From assembly GCA_018303045.1 (NCBI GenBank), contig JAGVYX010000035.1, positions 1-47,877 of the forward strand: a DNA stretch of 47,877 bases, written 5' to 3'. The position numbers and the translations under genes were made by a program. Under the pieces are notes generated by a model. It had not been told where the DNA came from. It saw nothing but the letters and a program-made list of their open reading frames with translations, and searched no databases. The DNA comes from Candidatus Woesearchaeota archaeon. Its GTDB lineage: Archaea > Nanobdellota > Nanobdellia > Woesearchaeales > GW2011-AR9. Of this stretch, positions 38,893 through 47,875 are shown in pieces. Position 1 is the first letter of the stretch; each line of letters opens with the position of its first letter.

Positions 38893-39660
38893 ATGGATCT
38901 AGAAGCTGAAGTCAAAAAGGCGATTGGTAACTGGGATATAAACTTAGTTGGTTTACATTCAGAAAACGTAAGTTATTCTGATTTAGTTAGACCGCTTCTC
39001 TATGGAATTGGTGTTGATATTGCAGAAAAACTAGTTAATGAAATCTATCAGCGCGCCGGCGCAACTCCGCCTAAACAGCTGCTGGACTTAAACTTTCATG
39101 ACGCTGCAACTAAATTTAAAAAGGAATATCTAGTTAGAAATCTAAAAAAACAAAATTTCTCCGGAGTTGATACGGCTACGGCTATCGGGTTGGCCAATTC
39201 CAGAGAAGATGCTCGGGTCAGTTTAGCTGGAATACTTAAAAGGGAGTTTGGCGTTACCGTTAAAAAAATTAAAGATGAAGTTAAAGATTATAAATACGCT
39301 GAAAGTTTCAAAATTAGCGATAGGGAATTGAAAGATTTTGCGGTTCAAGAAATGGAAAGATATTCTTCCTTATTTAGAGCATCTTTGTTCAGAAGCTTAA
39401 TCATTGATAAATCCAGAATTATAGCCAAGCCATTAGTAGAGATTGCGATGAAATATACTGAACAACATAGCCCCGTAGATCTTTTTGATAAGCCTTATCA
39501 TGCAGCTATTGCTGGATTTAAAACGTGGTATTTAATGCAGCAGATAAAACTTAACGGCAGCGGCAAACAGGCCGCTGAAAAATCCGGGCTAAGCGAAGAA
39601 GCCTTTAGACAAGCGATTTTTAATCGGGGCATTAAAATAGCCGAAGTTTTAAGCGATTAG
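38893..39660 (+). CDS. Protein with two Fis-type HTH-like repeats
   Basis: LLDLNFHDAATKFKKEYL...TATAIGL and LFDKPYHAAIAGFKTWYL...AAEKSGLS. Confidence 0.7.
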   Translation: MDLEAEVKKAIGNWDINLVGLHSENVSYSDLVRPLLYGIGVDIAEKLVNEIYQRAGATPPKQLLDLNFHDAATKFKKEYLVRNLKKQNFSGVDTATAIGLANSREDARVSLAGILKREFGVTVKKIKDEVKDYKYAESFKISDRELKDFAVQEMERYSSLFRASLFRSLIIDKSRIIAKPLVEIAMKYTEQHSPVDLFDKPYHAAIAGFKTWYLMQQIKLNGSGKQAAEKSGLSEEAFRQAIFNRGIKIAEVLSD

Positions 39661-39713
39661 ACCAAACTTTGGCCCGCATAAACCTTATAAGGAAACCTTC
39701 CCCTAGACCAAAA

Positions 39714-40034
39714 ATGACCTTAACTTATCTGCAAGCCAAAACAATTCTGGAACAGTATCGTGAAGCTCCCAGAGACAGAGCTGAACAAATCAGATTATTG
39801 CAGTTAGCCGGATACGATCAAATTAAAGGAAGGGGCCTATCCTTGATTCCACAGCAGGAATTATTCCAAGTAGCTAAAAAAACCAGAGAACTGGCGCAAA
39901 GAACTATCAGAGACTTCTTAGTTAACGAAGCTGCGCAAGACCAGTTTCAAAAATTATACGCTTTGTTTGAATTTGATCCTCATTCAAGTTATGCTCCCGA
40001 TCCGGAAGAATTGGAAGCCCGATTGCTGGATTAA
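39714..40034 (+). CDS. Hypothetical protein
   Basis: ATG at 39714 with CTTATAAG ~25 nt upstream. Confidence 0.7.
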   Translation: MTLTYLQAKTILEQYREAPRDRAEQIRLLQLAGYDQIKGRGLSLIPQQELFQVAKKTRELAQRTIRDFLVNEAAQDQFQKLYALFEFDPHSSYAPDPEELEARLLD

Positions 40035-40061
40035 AAAAAATTAAATTGTTATTCAAAATTC

Positions 40062-40233
40062 TTTAAAGTTTTCCAAGCAGCAATAACGAATTAAGAGGTT
40101 GGCAGTTCTTAGAATCATAATCAGGAAAATACTTTACCGCTTATTAATTTAAAGTTTTCTAAGCAGCAATAACGAATTAAGAGGTTGGCAGTTCTTAGAA
40201 TCATAATCAGGAAAATACTTTACCGCTTATTAA
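40062..40233. repeat. 86-bp tandem duplication resembling an M23-paralog 3' end
   Basis: Two copies with 1 mismatch; minus strand encodes ...QPLNSLLLL(G/R)KL* versus M23 ...APLNPLLLLRKL*. Confidence 0.9.
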
Positions 40234-40310
40234 TACTGGCAGGAAGGCCTAGAATAGTAGGCTAATATCCTCTTGAATGGGAAAAAAAATACAAAGCTTT
40301 ATATATTATC

Positions 40311-40327
40311 GTCATATTTTATATGAC
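40311..40327. promoter_or_regulatory. Candidate operator palindrome for MNT-HEPN
   Basis: GTCATAT-TTT-ATATGAC between TTTATATA (40298) and the ATG (40340). Confidence 0.55.
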
Positions 40328-40339
40328 AGGCGATATAAA

Positions 40340-40930
40340 ATGTATGACAAGACCGAAATTAGGATTTTGGAACAAATTTATCTTAATCCGGGGATCCATA
40401 AGAGAGAGCTTTCTAAACAGCTTAAATTAGGAATGCCCTCCATAGATTGCGGGCTTAAAAAAATAAATCAGTTAATTCAGCAGAAAAAGTCAGGGAATCA
40501 GATTAATTATTTCTTGGATTACTCCAAAGAAGCGCTTATACCATCGCTAAATACTGTTGAGCATTCCAGATTTGAAAGATTTCCAGCTAAAGTAAGATTG
40601 TCAGTAACCGATTTCTTAAGGGAATTAAAAGATAAACCTGTAATTGCTCTTATTTTTGGTTCTTATGCAAGCGGCACTTATACTAAGAACTCAGATATTG
40701 ACATTTTGTTAGTTTTTCAGAAAATTGAAGATTCTAAAGAAATTGAGAATACTGCTAAAAAAATAAGCATGAAAACAAACACGCAATTAAATCCAGTTTA
40801 TCTTAGCTACCAAGAATTCAAACAATCATTCCATAATCCAACCAATGAATTTTTCAAAAAGCTTAAGAAAGACAAGATAATTGCCGTTGGAATTGAATGG
40901 TGGAGGCAATTAATAGATGAAGAAGCCTGA
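40340..40930 (+). CDS. wHTH + minimal nucleotidyltransferase (MNT antitoxin-like)
   Basis: NPGIHKRELSKQLKL; IFGSYASG...SDIDIL. Confidence 0.92.
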   Translation: MYDKTEIRILEQIYLNPGIHKRELSKQLKLGMPSIDCGLKKINQLIQQKKSGNQINYFLDYSKEALIPSLNTVEHSRFERFPAKVRLSVTDFLRELKDKPVIALIFGSYASGTYTKNSDIDILLVFQKIEDSKEIENTAKKISMKTNTQLNPVYLSYQEFKQSFHNPTNEFFKKLKKDKIIAVGIEWWRQLIDEEA

Positions 40931-41462
40931 TTGGAAGCTTTGGCTAAATGATAAAACAGAATGTAAGTTTTGGATGGATAATTATATCCGGAAAAAGATT
41001 CTTAAGAAAAGTTCAAATGAATCAAGATTGCATCTAAAAAGAACAGATCATAATTTAACTTTCGCTAATTGGATTATTGAAAAACATAAAGATGAAATTC
41101 CTGATGTTTTTGGCGACGATAATTTTTATGATTGGGTAATTAGTATTTATTACTATGCCATCTATCATGCTGCTCTTGCTCTTTTGAGTAAAGAAGGATT
41201 TACTTCTAAAAATCATTCTGCTACATTGGCTTTTCTAATTTATCACCACCATCATTCGCAGAAAGCGCTGGAGAAGGAAGATGTTGAGTTAATCGCTAGT
41301 TCTTTGGATAGGGAAGATATTGAAATTCTCGGCGTTTCCAAAGAATTGAGAGAAAAGGCCAGTTATGGCGTTCACGAATCTTTCGAGAAGAAATTAGCTG
41401 AACAGGTTAGGAAAGAGGCAGTTGATTTTGCGAATAAGATTAAGTTGCTGTTGAAATCATAA
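40917..41462 (+). CDS. HEPN-domain protein
   Basis: YYAIYHAALALL, SKNHSAT, LREKASY (Rx4Y); overlaps the MNT gene. Confidence 0.9.
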   Translation: MKKPDWKLWLNDKTECKFWMDNYIRKKILKKSSNESRLHLKRTDHNLTFANWIIEKHKDEIPDVFGDDNFYDWVISIYYYAIYHAALALLSKEGFTSKNHSATLAFLIYHHHHSQKALEKEDVELIASSLDREDIEILGVSKELREKASYGVHESFEKKLAEQVRKEAVDFANKIKLLLKS

Positions 41463-41531
41463 AAAGATAATTTCTCGGAAAACTGCGAAAGCCATAGCTT
41501 TTCATAGCTTTTGATTGTTTCTCAAAATTCT

Positions 41532-42191
41532 TTAAAGTTTTCTAAGCAGCAATAAGGGGTTGAGAGGAGCGCGTTTTTGATAATACTCATTAACAGTTCT
41601 CGGTTTATTTGGAATATAATAACATTCTAAATGTAAATGATTATAAGTCCGGCCATAAACTTTCCTTACATCTTTAGGAACAGCTATTTGTTCTGGCAAT
41701 CGCGAAATCCAGGGGGCTACTCTGCCCACAACCATATCACGATAAACCTGATCTTGGTTCTCCCAGCGCAAGACCGGATAACTTTCTGGCAAGAGTATAC
41801 CGGATGTATCTAAATGAGCCAGAATACAAAGCAATCCCAGCTTTTCGGAATAAACTCCCACATTCATCAAATCAGCAGTCCTGGGATCGGTTTGATGAAA
41901 AACTGCCTTTCCACGAATCGGAGAAACTACTTTTGTTCCTGCTGCGACTTGAAGGTCTAAACCCCGGTGTCGAGAATTTTTATCAGGGTCGTTATAATCC
42001 GGCTCGTTGAAATAACCAGCCAAGTGAATGTTAGGCGTATCTAAATCAATCGGCCAGCGCAAGGAATGCTTAAATTGTTGCAAAGCTTCCGGTAAAGTTC
42101 CGCCTAAATGCGATCCATATTCTCTGGATCGGCCAATAAAGTTAGATTTTCTGCAGCTTTTAATAATTTCAGATAAAGTTGATATTAACAT
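41532..42191 (-). CDS. M23-family metallopeptidase
   Basis: HRGLD (HxxxD), GTKVVSPIRG, AHL, NHLHLE (HxH), LNPLLLL. Confidence 0.85.
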   Translation of the reverse strand: MLISTLSEIIKSCRKSNFIGRSREYGSHLGGTLPEALQQFKHSLRWPIDLDTPNIHLAGYFNEPDYNDPDKNSRHRGLDLQVAAGTKVVSPIRGKAVFHQTDPRTADLMNVGVYSEKLGLLCILAHLDTSGILLPESYPVLRWENQDQVYRDMVVGRVAPWISRLPEQIAVPKDVRKVYGRTYNHLHLECYYIPNKPRTVNEYYQKRAPLNPLLLLRKL

Positions 42192-42270
42192 TTTTCAATC
42201 AAATAATGCAGTTTGGTGTTCAGTTACCTGCCATCCTCCCCCTCCCTATCTGGCTTCATAAATTTTATTG

Positions 42271-42332
42271 CTGTTTGGCCATCAATGATAAATACTTTGT
42301 GATGCATATTATGGGGATTCAAATCTTTGATT
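42271..42332 (-). repeat. 62-bp exact copy of PLD gene segment 31432..31493
   Basis: CTGTTTGGCC...AAATCTTTGATT identical at both sites; 67/68 when extended. Confidence 0.95.
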
Positions 42333-42524
42333 TAAGTCTTTTATTTTCCCTAAACCGGCATATTTCCTGAAGTTGAAATTTAAACGACAACTAACTAATT
42401 TTGACCCTTCCAGAACTAAAGCATCAATGCCCTGCAATTTTCCAGCAGAGGGATTAGAACTGGAATGAAATCCAGCCAGAAACACATACTTCGCTTTTTC
42501 CGTCTCAAATTCAGTGTAAGCCAT
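42309..42524 (-). pseudogene. Probably truncated gene, stopped inside the PLD-derived segment
   Basis: Starts 1 nt after the radical SAM stop; runs out of frame into the 62-bp copy. Confidence 0.5.
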
Positions 42525-42525
42525 T

Positions 42526-43737
42526 TTACACCAGCCTCCCGGTAAAAATATTATGCTTATCTCTCATTATTTTTATCTTAATTTTCTTGTCTTTAACATA
42601 CTGGCAATCAGGAACGGAAATAGTTCTATCTTTAGCTGCGGCAACCACCGAATTCTTAAAGCGGTCCGGGCATTTAATTACTGCCGTTACAATATCGCCT
42701 TCCTCAAACGGCTTTGGCAATTCTCTGGTTTCTTTAATGCTAAAATCAGTTTTATCTAACTTTAATTTGATCTGATGCTTCTGTTCCAATTCTTTTAATA
42801 AAGCATAAAATTTCTTCCAGGGAATTTCCTTGGCCGGATTGCGGCCGGGTTTATATTTTAAGAAATTTTGTATCCCTAAAATGGGCTGCTTAGGCAAAGT
42901 TTTAACCCAAATAATTATTTTTTCCAGCTCGTCATTATTATAACTATCGGTTAGCACCGGAGCCGCAATTACGGTTAATTTTTGAGAAGCATAAGATATG
43001 ATGGACTTAAGGTGTTCAACATTATAATTTTTTACTCCAGCCATCTGTTTAGCTTTCTCCGGATCAATCGCATCTAATGAAAGGTTCAACTGCAGCTTGC
43101 TATTTTTAGCTAATAAGTCTATTTTTTCCTTATTAAGCAAAGTGCCGTTAGTATCAATAGAAATGGCCTGTACTTTCTCCATCTGCTGAAGATCAGAAAT
43201 TAACTTGAACATATCTTCATACAAAAATGGTTCGCCCTGCACCCCGATATGAATTTCTACTGGCTCGTCAACAAAATTGATCAATATCTGCAGTTCTTCT
43301 AATAAATAATCTTTCTCTACCACAAAATCATGTTTTTTTGAACTTAACCCTTCCGAAATAGAACAGTAAATGCAGTCCAAATTGCAGGAAGTAACCGGTT
43401 TTATTTCAATAATTGAAGATTCCCGGTAGGCTATGCCGAAAGCTACATTGCCGATTAAGGGAATTCCTGAATTTCGATGAATATAAGTCGCGGAATTGCC
43501 GGTTAACTTATTTTTCAACTGTTCAAAATATTTGGCCAGCAGAAATGAAAATTTAGTTTCCGCTTTTTTCTGGTCAGGATGATTAAACTGCAGCTTATGC
43601 GGATCAACAAGAGTGAAAGAAGCTATTTCCTCAACCTCGGCTAAAGGGACTGATGCTGAAAATAAGTTAAGCAGGGTTACCTGCAGAGAATCATTTTGCA
43701 GATTAAAAGACAGCGTCTTAAAATTTAATTGAGCCAT
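42526..43737 (-). CDS. Radical SAM protein with C-terminal TRAM-like domain
   Basis: CNLDCIYC, GEPFLY, DTNG; C-terminal IKIKIMRDKHNIFTG. Confidence 0.92.
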   Translation of the reverse strand: MAQLNFKTLSFNLQNDSLQVTLLNLFSASVPLAEVEEIASFTLVDPHKLQFNHPDQKKAETKFSFLLAKYFEQLKNKLTGNSATYIHRNSGIPLIGNVAFGIAYRESSIIEIKPVTSCNLDCIYCSISEGLSSKKHDFVVEKDYLLEELQILINFVDEPVEIHIGVQGEPFLYEDMFKLISDLQQMEKVQAISIDTNGTLLNKEKIDLLAKNSKLQLNLSLDAIDPEKAKQMAGVKNYNVEHLKSIISYASQKLTVIAAPVLTDSYNNDELEKIIIWVKTLPKQPILGIQNFLKYKPGRNPAKEIPWKKFYALLKELEQKHQIKLKLDKTDFSIKETRELPKPFEEGDIVTAVIKCPDRFKNSVVAAAKDRTISVPDCQYVKDKKIKIKIMRDKHNIFTGRLV

Positions 43738-43821
43738 AACTGCGCGTAAAGAAGGTATTTTTTAAATGTTACGGTTGAATTTACCACTAACGGGAGGCAT
43801 AGTATTCTGAAGCGGACAACC

Positions 43822-44121
43822 TTATTTCAGATATCTCATTTTGCTTCGATAATAATTCTTAACGGCTTTAACTGTAGGCGGAGATTTGGAAAACTGGCGA
43901 GGAAATTGGTCTACGGCTACTGCCAGAAGCAATTCCAGGCCTTCACCTGTTTGCTCCAAGTTTTTAATTAATTGAACCATAGTGGAAGGAACTGCTTCCA
44001 GAAAATTGGATTTAATCAAGTCCGCAGAGAGTTTGGCGTAAGTGGCATAGGCGACTAAAAGCTCACAGTACTCTTTCGGCCTTAAACTCAATAATTCCAG
44101 ATATAAAGAATAATTTTTCAT
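43822..44121 (-). CDS. Hypothetical protein
   Basis: 99-aa ORF with TTTTAAAA upstream. Confidence 0.6.
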   Translation of the reverse strand: MKNYSLYLELLSLRPKEYCELLVAYATYAKLSADLIKSNFLEAVPSTMVQLIKNLEQTGEGLELLLAVAVDQFPRQFSKSPPTVKAVKNYYRSKMRYLK

Positions 44122-44206
44122 TCAGGTTAAATTTAGTTCCTATTTTAAAAAGATTACGGGAAATTTTACACTAGTCAATAAAACCAAAATGCCAAAAACT
44201 ACAACA

Positions 44207-44306
44207 TTCTCAAACCCTAGACTAACTTCTCAAACCCTAGACTAACTTCTCAAACCCTAGACTAACTTCTCAAACCCTAGACTAACTTCTCAAACCCTAA
44301 ACTAAC
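44207..44306. repeat. 5 x 20-bp tandem repeat
   Basis: TTCTCAAACCCTAGACTAAC x4 plus a fifth copy with 1 mismatch; no spacers. Confidence 0.95.
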
Positions 44307-44369
44307 TAAAATAACAAAGTAAAAATTAATTCAGATACTTTTAAAAATAATTATCATTTAAACTAGGCT

Positions 44370-44732
44370 ATGGATGAGTTTCAGGAATTAGGATTTAAAA
44401 TTGTGGATAAAGGTTCGGATATAGCGGGAATTGTTCTAGGCAAAGCTCTAGGGGCTGCTGTAGATGCTTATATCCAAGCCCAGGCTGGCATTGAAATTGT
44501 AAGAGATGGTGTTGAGCAAGCTGAAGACCTTGCTTCTACTGTGGCTCTCTGCGGCAATTTTGCTTTTTCTCTATACCGAGAACTGGCTTCTGACCCAGAA
44601 TATACACGCGGAAAAGCCTTCCAATGGGCGGTTTGCGCGGGATTGGGAGTAGCTCAGCCAGTTTATCTTAGCCGAAAAATTCATCGTGTTATGAAAAAGA
44701 CTTATCTGGACAGTATCTTTACCAGCCCCTAG
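44370..44732 (+). CDS. Hypothetical protein
   Basis: 120-aa ORF with TTTTAAAA ~25 nt upstream. Confidence 0.65.
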   Translation: MDEFQELGFKIVDKGSDIAGIVLGKALGAAVDAYIQAQAGIEIVRDGVEQAEDLASTVALCGNFAFSLYRELASDPEYTRGKAFQWAVCAGLGVAQPVYLSRKIHRVMKKTYLDSIFTSP

Positions 44733-44793
44733 ATTCTCTTCTGCCTCGCCATACTCGAAATAGTTAAAAACCACCGCTTTTCTTATTCTGGAT

Positions 44794-47277
44794 ATGAGTG
44801 AAAAAGAAACCATTCTGGACGCTGATCCTGCGGCTTTAACTCCCGGCATGCGGCAATACCAAGACGCTAAACGGGCTAATCCTGATTGTTTAATCATGCT
44901 GAGAATGGGCGATTTTTATGAGCTGTTTTATGAAGATGCCATTACCGCTTCCCGAGAATTGGAAATTACCTTAACTTCCAGAGGCAAGGGCGATAAAAAA
45001 GCTCCTTTAGCCGGCGTGCCGTATCATGCTCTGGAAGTTTATCTTAGCCGGCTGATCAAAAAGGGATACAAAGTTGCCATCATCGAACAACTGGAAGATC
45101 CCCGACAAGCCAAAGGGCTGGTGAAACGCGGATTAACCAGGATCGTTACACCGGGAACAGTGATGGAAGTCTCCATGCTTCCTGAAAAAGATAACAATTA
45201 TATCGGATCAGTTAGAAGTTCCGGAGATCATTTAACTGCGGCCATCTGCGATATTTCCACTGGCGAGTTCTGGGCCTGCAGTTATGAGCAGTTATCAGAT
45301 TTAACCAGTGAATTTACCCGGCTGGGGCTGAAAGAATGCCTCCTTCCGGAAAGTCTGAAAGTAAACCAGGAATTGATAACCAAAATTAAATCCTTAGGCT
45401 GTTTTTTAAATTTTCAAGAAGATTATCATTTTGCTGAACAGCCTTCCCGCCAGGTTCTATTAAATCATTTTAATCTATCTTCTATAGAATCATTCGGCCT
45501 GGAAACAAAAACAATTTCGGTGTGCGGCGGTTTATTGCATTATTTAACTGCGACACAGAAGAACAGCCTTCCTCAGATAACCAGAATATCGGTCAAAAAT
45601 AACTCCGAAACCCTGTTGTTAGATTCCAGCACAATTCGAAATCTGGAATTAATTAGAAACATCAGGGATAATGGCGCTAAGGGAACTTTGCTGTCAATTC
45701 TTGATCGCGCAGTTACCGCTATGGGGGCAAGATTGTTGAAAAAATGGCTGCAGGCGCCGCTGCTGAACAGGGAACAGATTACTCTTCGCCTTGATGCGGT
45801 AGCTGAACTGCAGCGGAAAGTTATCCTCAGGGAAGAAATAATTTCCTTATTAAATTCAGTTCAGGACTTGGAACGGCTTATCTCCAGAATTAATTACGGC
45901 AACAGCACTCCCCGCGATCTCTTAGCTTTGAGAAATTCCCTCCAAAACCTGCCTCCATTAAAGCAGCAGCTGGCCGGCGTTGAAAGCGATTTTCTAAGGC
46001 GCACTGCCGATTTTGACCCCTTGCCGGAGATTTATCAGTTAATCTCTGCCAGTATCCGCGATGATGCGCCGGCGGTAATCCGCGAAGGCGGAATGATTAA
46101 ACCAAACTATCATCAGGAACTGGATCAATGGCATCATCTGACTAAAAACAGCCAGACCTACCTGGCTCAGCTGGAAGAAAAAGAAAGAACCGCAACCGGC
46201 ATAAGTTCATTAAAAATTTCCTACAATCGCGTATTTGGATATTTTATAGAAATAACCAAAAAAAATCTTCATTTAGTCCCGGCTAATTATGTGAGAAAAC
46301 AAACCACTGCGGCGGGAGAACGCTATATTACTGAAGACCTTAAATTAGCAGAAGAAAAAATTCTTAGTGCGCAGGAAAAAATAGCCGAGCTGGAATACTA
46401 TTTATTTCAGGAAATCGCAGCAAAAATTGCCCGGAAAACTGTAATTATTCAAGAGACCGCCGCTAAATTGGCTGCTTTGGATGTTCTTTGCTGTTTAGCT
46501 AAAATAGCTATGGAATATAATTACTGCCGCCCGCAGTTGGCTGAACAGGGCTTTTATATCAAGAATGGGCGCCATCCGGTGATTGAACAGCTGCAGCCGG
46601 GGTTCATCAGCAACAATATTAATTTAGCCGCAGGAGAAATGATGATTATTACCGGGCCAAACATGGCTGGCAAAAGCACGGTTATGCGCCAGACGGCCTT
46701 GATCCTATTAATGGCGCAGATGGGTTCATTTGTCCCTGCTGAAGAATGCTTATTTTCTCCGGCAGATCGAATTTTTACCAGGATTGGAGCGCATGATGAT
46801 TTAAGCTCAGGCCAGTCTACCTTCATGGTGGAAATGCTGGAAACAGCCGCCATTTTAAATAATGCTACAGAAAACAGCCTGATTATCCTTGATGAAATTG
46901 GCCGCGGGACAAGCACCTTTGATGGAGTATCTATTGCCTGGAGCGTGGCAGAATATATTTATAATAAAATTAGAGCTAAAACTTTGTGCGCGACCCATTA
47001 CCATGTCTTAAATAAATTAGCTGAGAGATGCGCTGGAATAAAAAATTATAACATTGCGGTAAAGGAAGTTAACGGAGAATTAGTATTTTTGCATAAATTA
47101 GTTCCGGGAAGCACTGATCAAAGTTATGGCGTTCATGCAGCTAAATATGCCGGATTGCCTTTGGAAGTTATCGAGCGGGCTAAACAAATTCAATCCCTTC
47201 TGGAGAAGGATGATCAGATGATTCATAAAATCAAAGCTAAGAAGTTAGAAGAACAGCGCAGTTTGGAGGGATTTTGA
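44794..47277 (+). CDS. mutS: DNA mismatch repair protein MutS1
   Basis: GDFYELF, RIVTPGT, TGPNMAGKST, STFMVEM, DEIGRGTST, THY, SYG. Confidence 0.98.
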   Translation: MSEKETILDADPAALTPGMRQYQDAKRANPDCLIMLRMGDFYELFYEDAITASRELEITLTSRGKGDKKAPLAGVPYHALEVYLSRLIKKGYKVAIIEQLEDPRQAKGLVKRGLTRIVTPGTVMEVSMLPEKDNNYIGSVRSSGDHLTAAICDISTGEFWACSYEQLSDLTSEFTRLGLKECLLPESLKVNQELITKIKSLGCFLNFQEDYHFAEQPSRQVLLNHFNLSSIESFGLETKTISVCGGLLHYLTATQKNSLPQITRISVKNNSETLLLDSSTIRNLELIRNIRDNGAKGTLLSILDRAVTAMGARLLKKWLQAPLLNREQITLRLDAVAELQRKVILREEIISLLNSVQDLERLISRINYGNSTPRDLLALRNSLQNLPPLKQQLAGVESDFLRRTADFDPLPEIYQLISASIRDDAPAVIREGGMIKPNYHQELDQWHHLTKNSQTYLAQLEEKERTATGISSLKISYNRVFGYFIEITKKNLHLVPANYVRKQTTAAGERYITEDLKLAEEKILSAQEKIAELEYYLFQEIAAKIARKTVIIQETAAKLAALDVLCCLAKIAMEYNYCRPQLAEQGFYIKNGRHPVIEQLQPGFISNNINLAAGEMMIITGPNMAGKSTVMRQTALILLMAQMGSFVPAEECLFSPADRIFTRIGAHDDLSSGQSTFMVEMLETAAILNNATENSLIILDEIGRGTSTFDGVSIAWSVAEYIYNKIRAKTLCATHYHVLNKLAERCAGIKNYNIAVKEVNGELVFLHKLVPGSTDQSYGVHAAKYAGLPLEVIERAKQIQSLLEKDDQMIHKIKAKKLEEQRSLEGF

Positions 47278-47449
47278 TTATTGATATGCTCCATTTTGTG
47301 GGCACGGATTAAGACCTTATTTACTACCAGACTGGAATAATTGAACGAAACATTTATACTCTGCGAATTTTTGAGGGGACAGAGAACAAGACTTTACTTT
47401 ACCTATAAATATTTTTTGAAAGAAGAAAGTATGGAGAACTTTGAAAAAT

Positions 47450-47875
47450 TCATTGTACACCCATTCTTGCTAAACTGCCACGAACTGCTTGAGTAAGCTC
47501 ATCTAAGGATGGTTGCTTAAAAGCACCATTTTCAACGCGCGCGACTAGCGCCTCCGGCGCTACCCCGACGGAACGACCGCTGCCGTAGAGAATGCTGCCG
47601 CAGCCAACGCCACCGCTACGGCCGCCAAGCAAGGCAACACGGCCTGAATCGATATTTTTATATCCATCGTGATGTGAACCAATTTGTTCATTTCCTTCAC
47701 TATCTAAGAATATAGCCTTTACTTGGTCTTCTCCACCCAATGGAATTGCTAAATCTGGATTTGTCAACTGCTCTTTAATTGGTCTGTATCCTGAAGGATT
47801 CTTTCTCGCTTCCTCAACAGAACGAACAACAGCATAAACAGCTTTCATGTCTTTTAATGATCTTTTAAACTCAGG
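47450..47875 (-). CDS. Putative DGR target protein, 3' part (frame open to window edge)
   Basis: No stop upstream of the called ATG (...PEFKRSLKD-MKAV); GRVALLGGRSGGVGCGSILYGSGRSVGVAPEA VR-like segment. Confidence 0.8.
   Translation of the reverse strand, partial: PEFKRSLKDMKAVYAVVRSVEEARKNPSGYRPIKEQLTNPDLAIPLGGEDQVKAIFLDSEGNEQIGSHHDGYKNIDSGRVALLGGRSGGVGCGSILYGSGRSVGVAPEALVARVENGAFKQPSLDELTQAVRGSLARMGVQ
47546..47562 (-). promoter_or_regulatory. DGR-type cis hairpin next to the IMH-like motif
   Basis: TAGCGCC-GGA-GGCGCTA directly after GTCGGGG. Confidence 0.75.

Noticed and set aside
44207..44306. CRISPR array or telomere-like (AAACCCTA) repeat
   Set aside because: Units are contiguous with no spacers, no cas genes are present, and the heptamer is only part of a 20-bp unit
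47337..47353. Near match to 12776..12792 (ATAATT(T)GAACGAAACAT)
   Set aside because: Too short and AT-rich; could be chance
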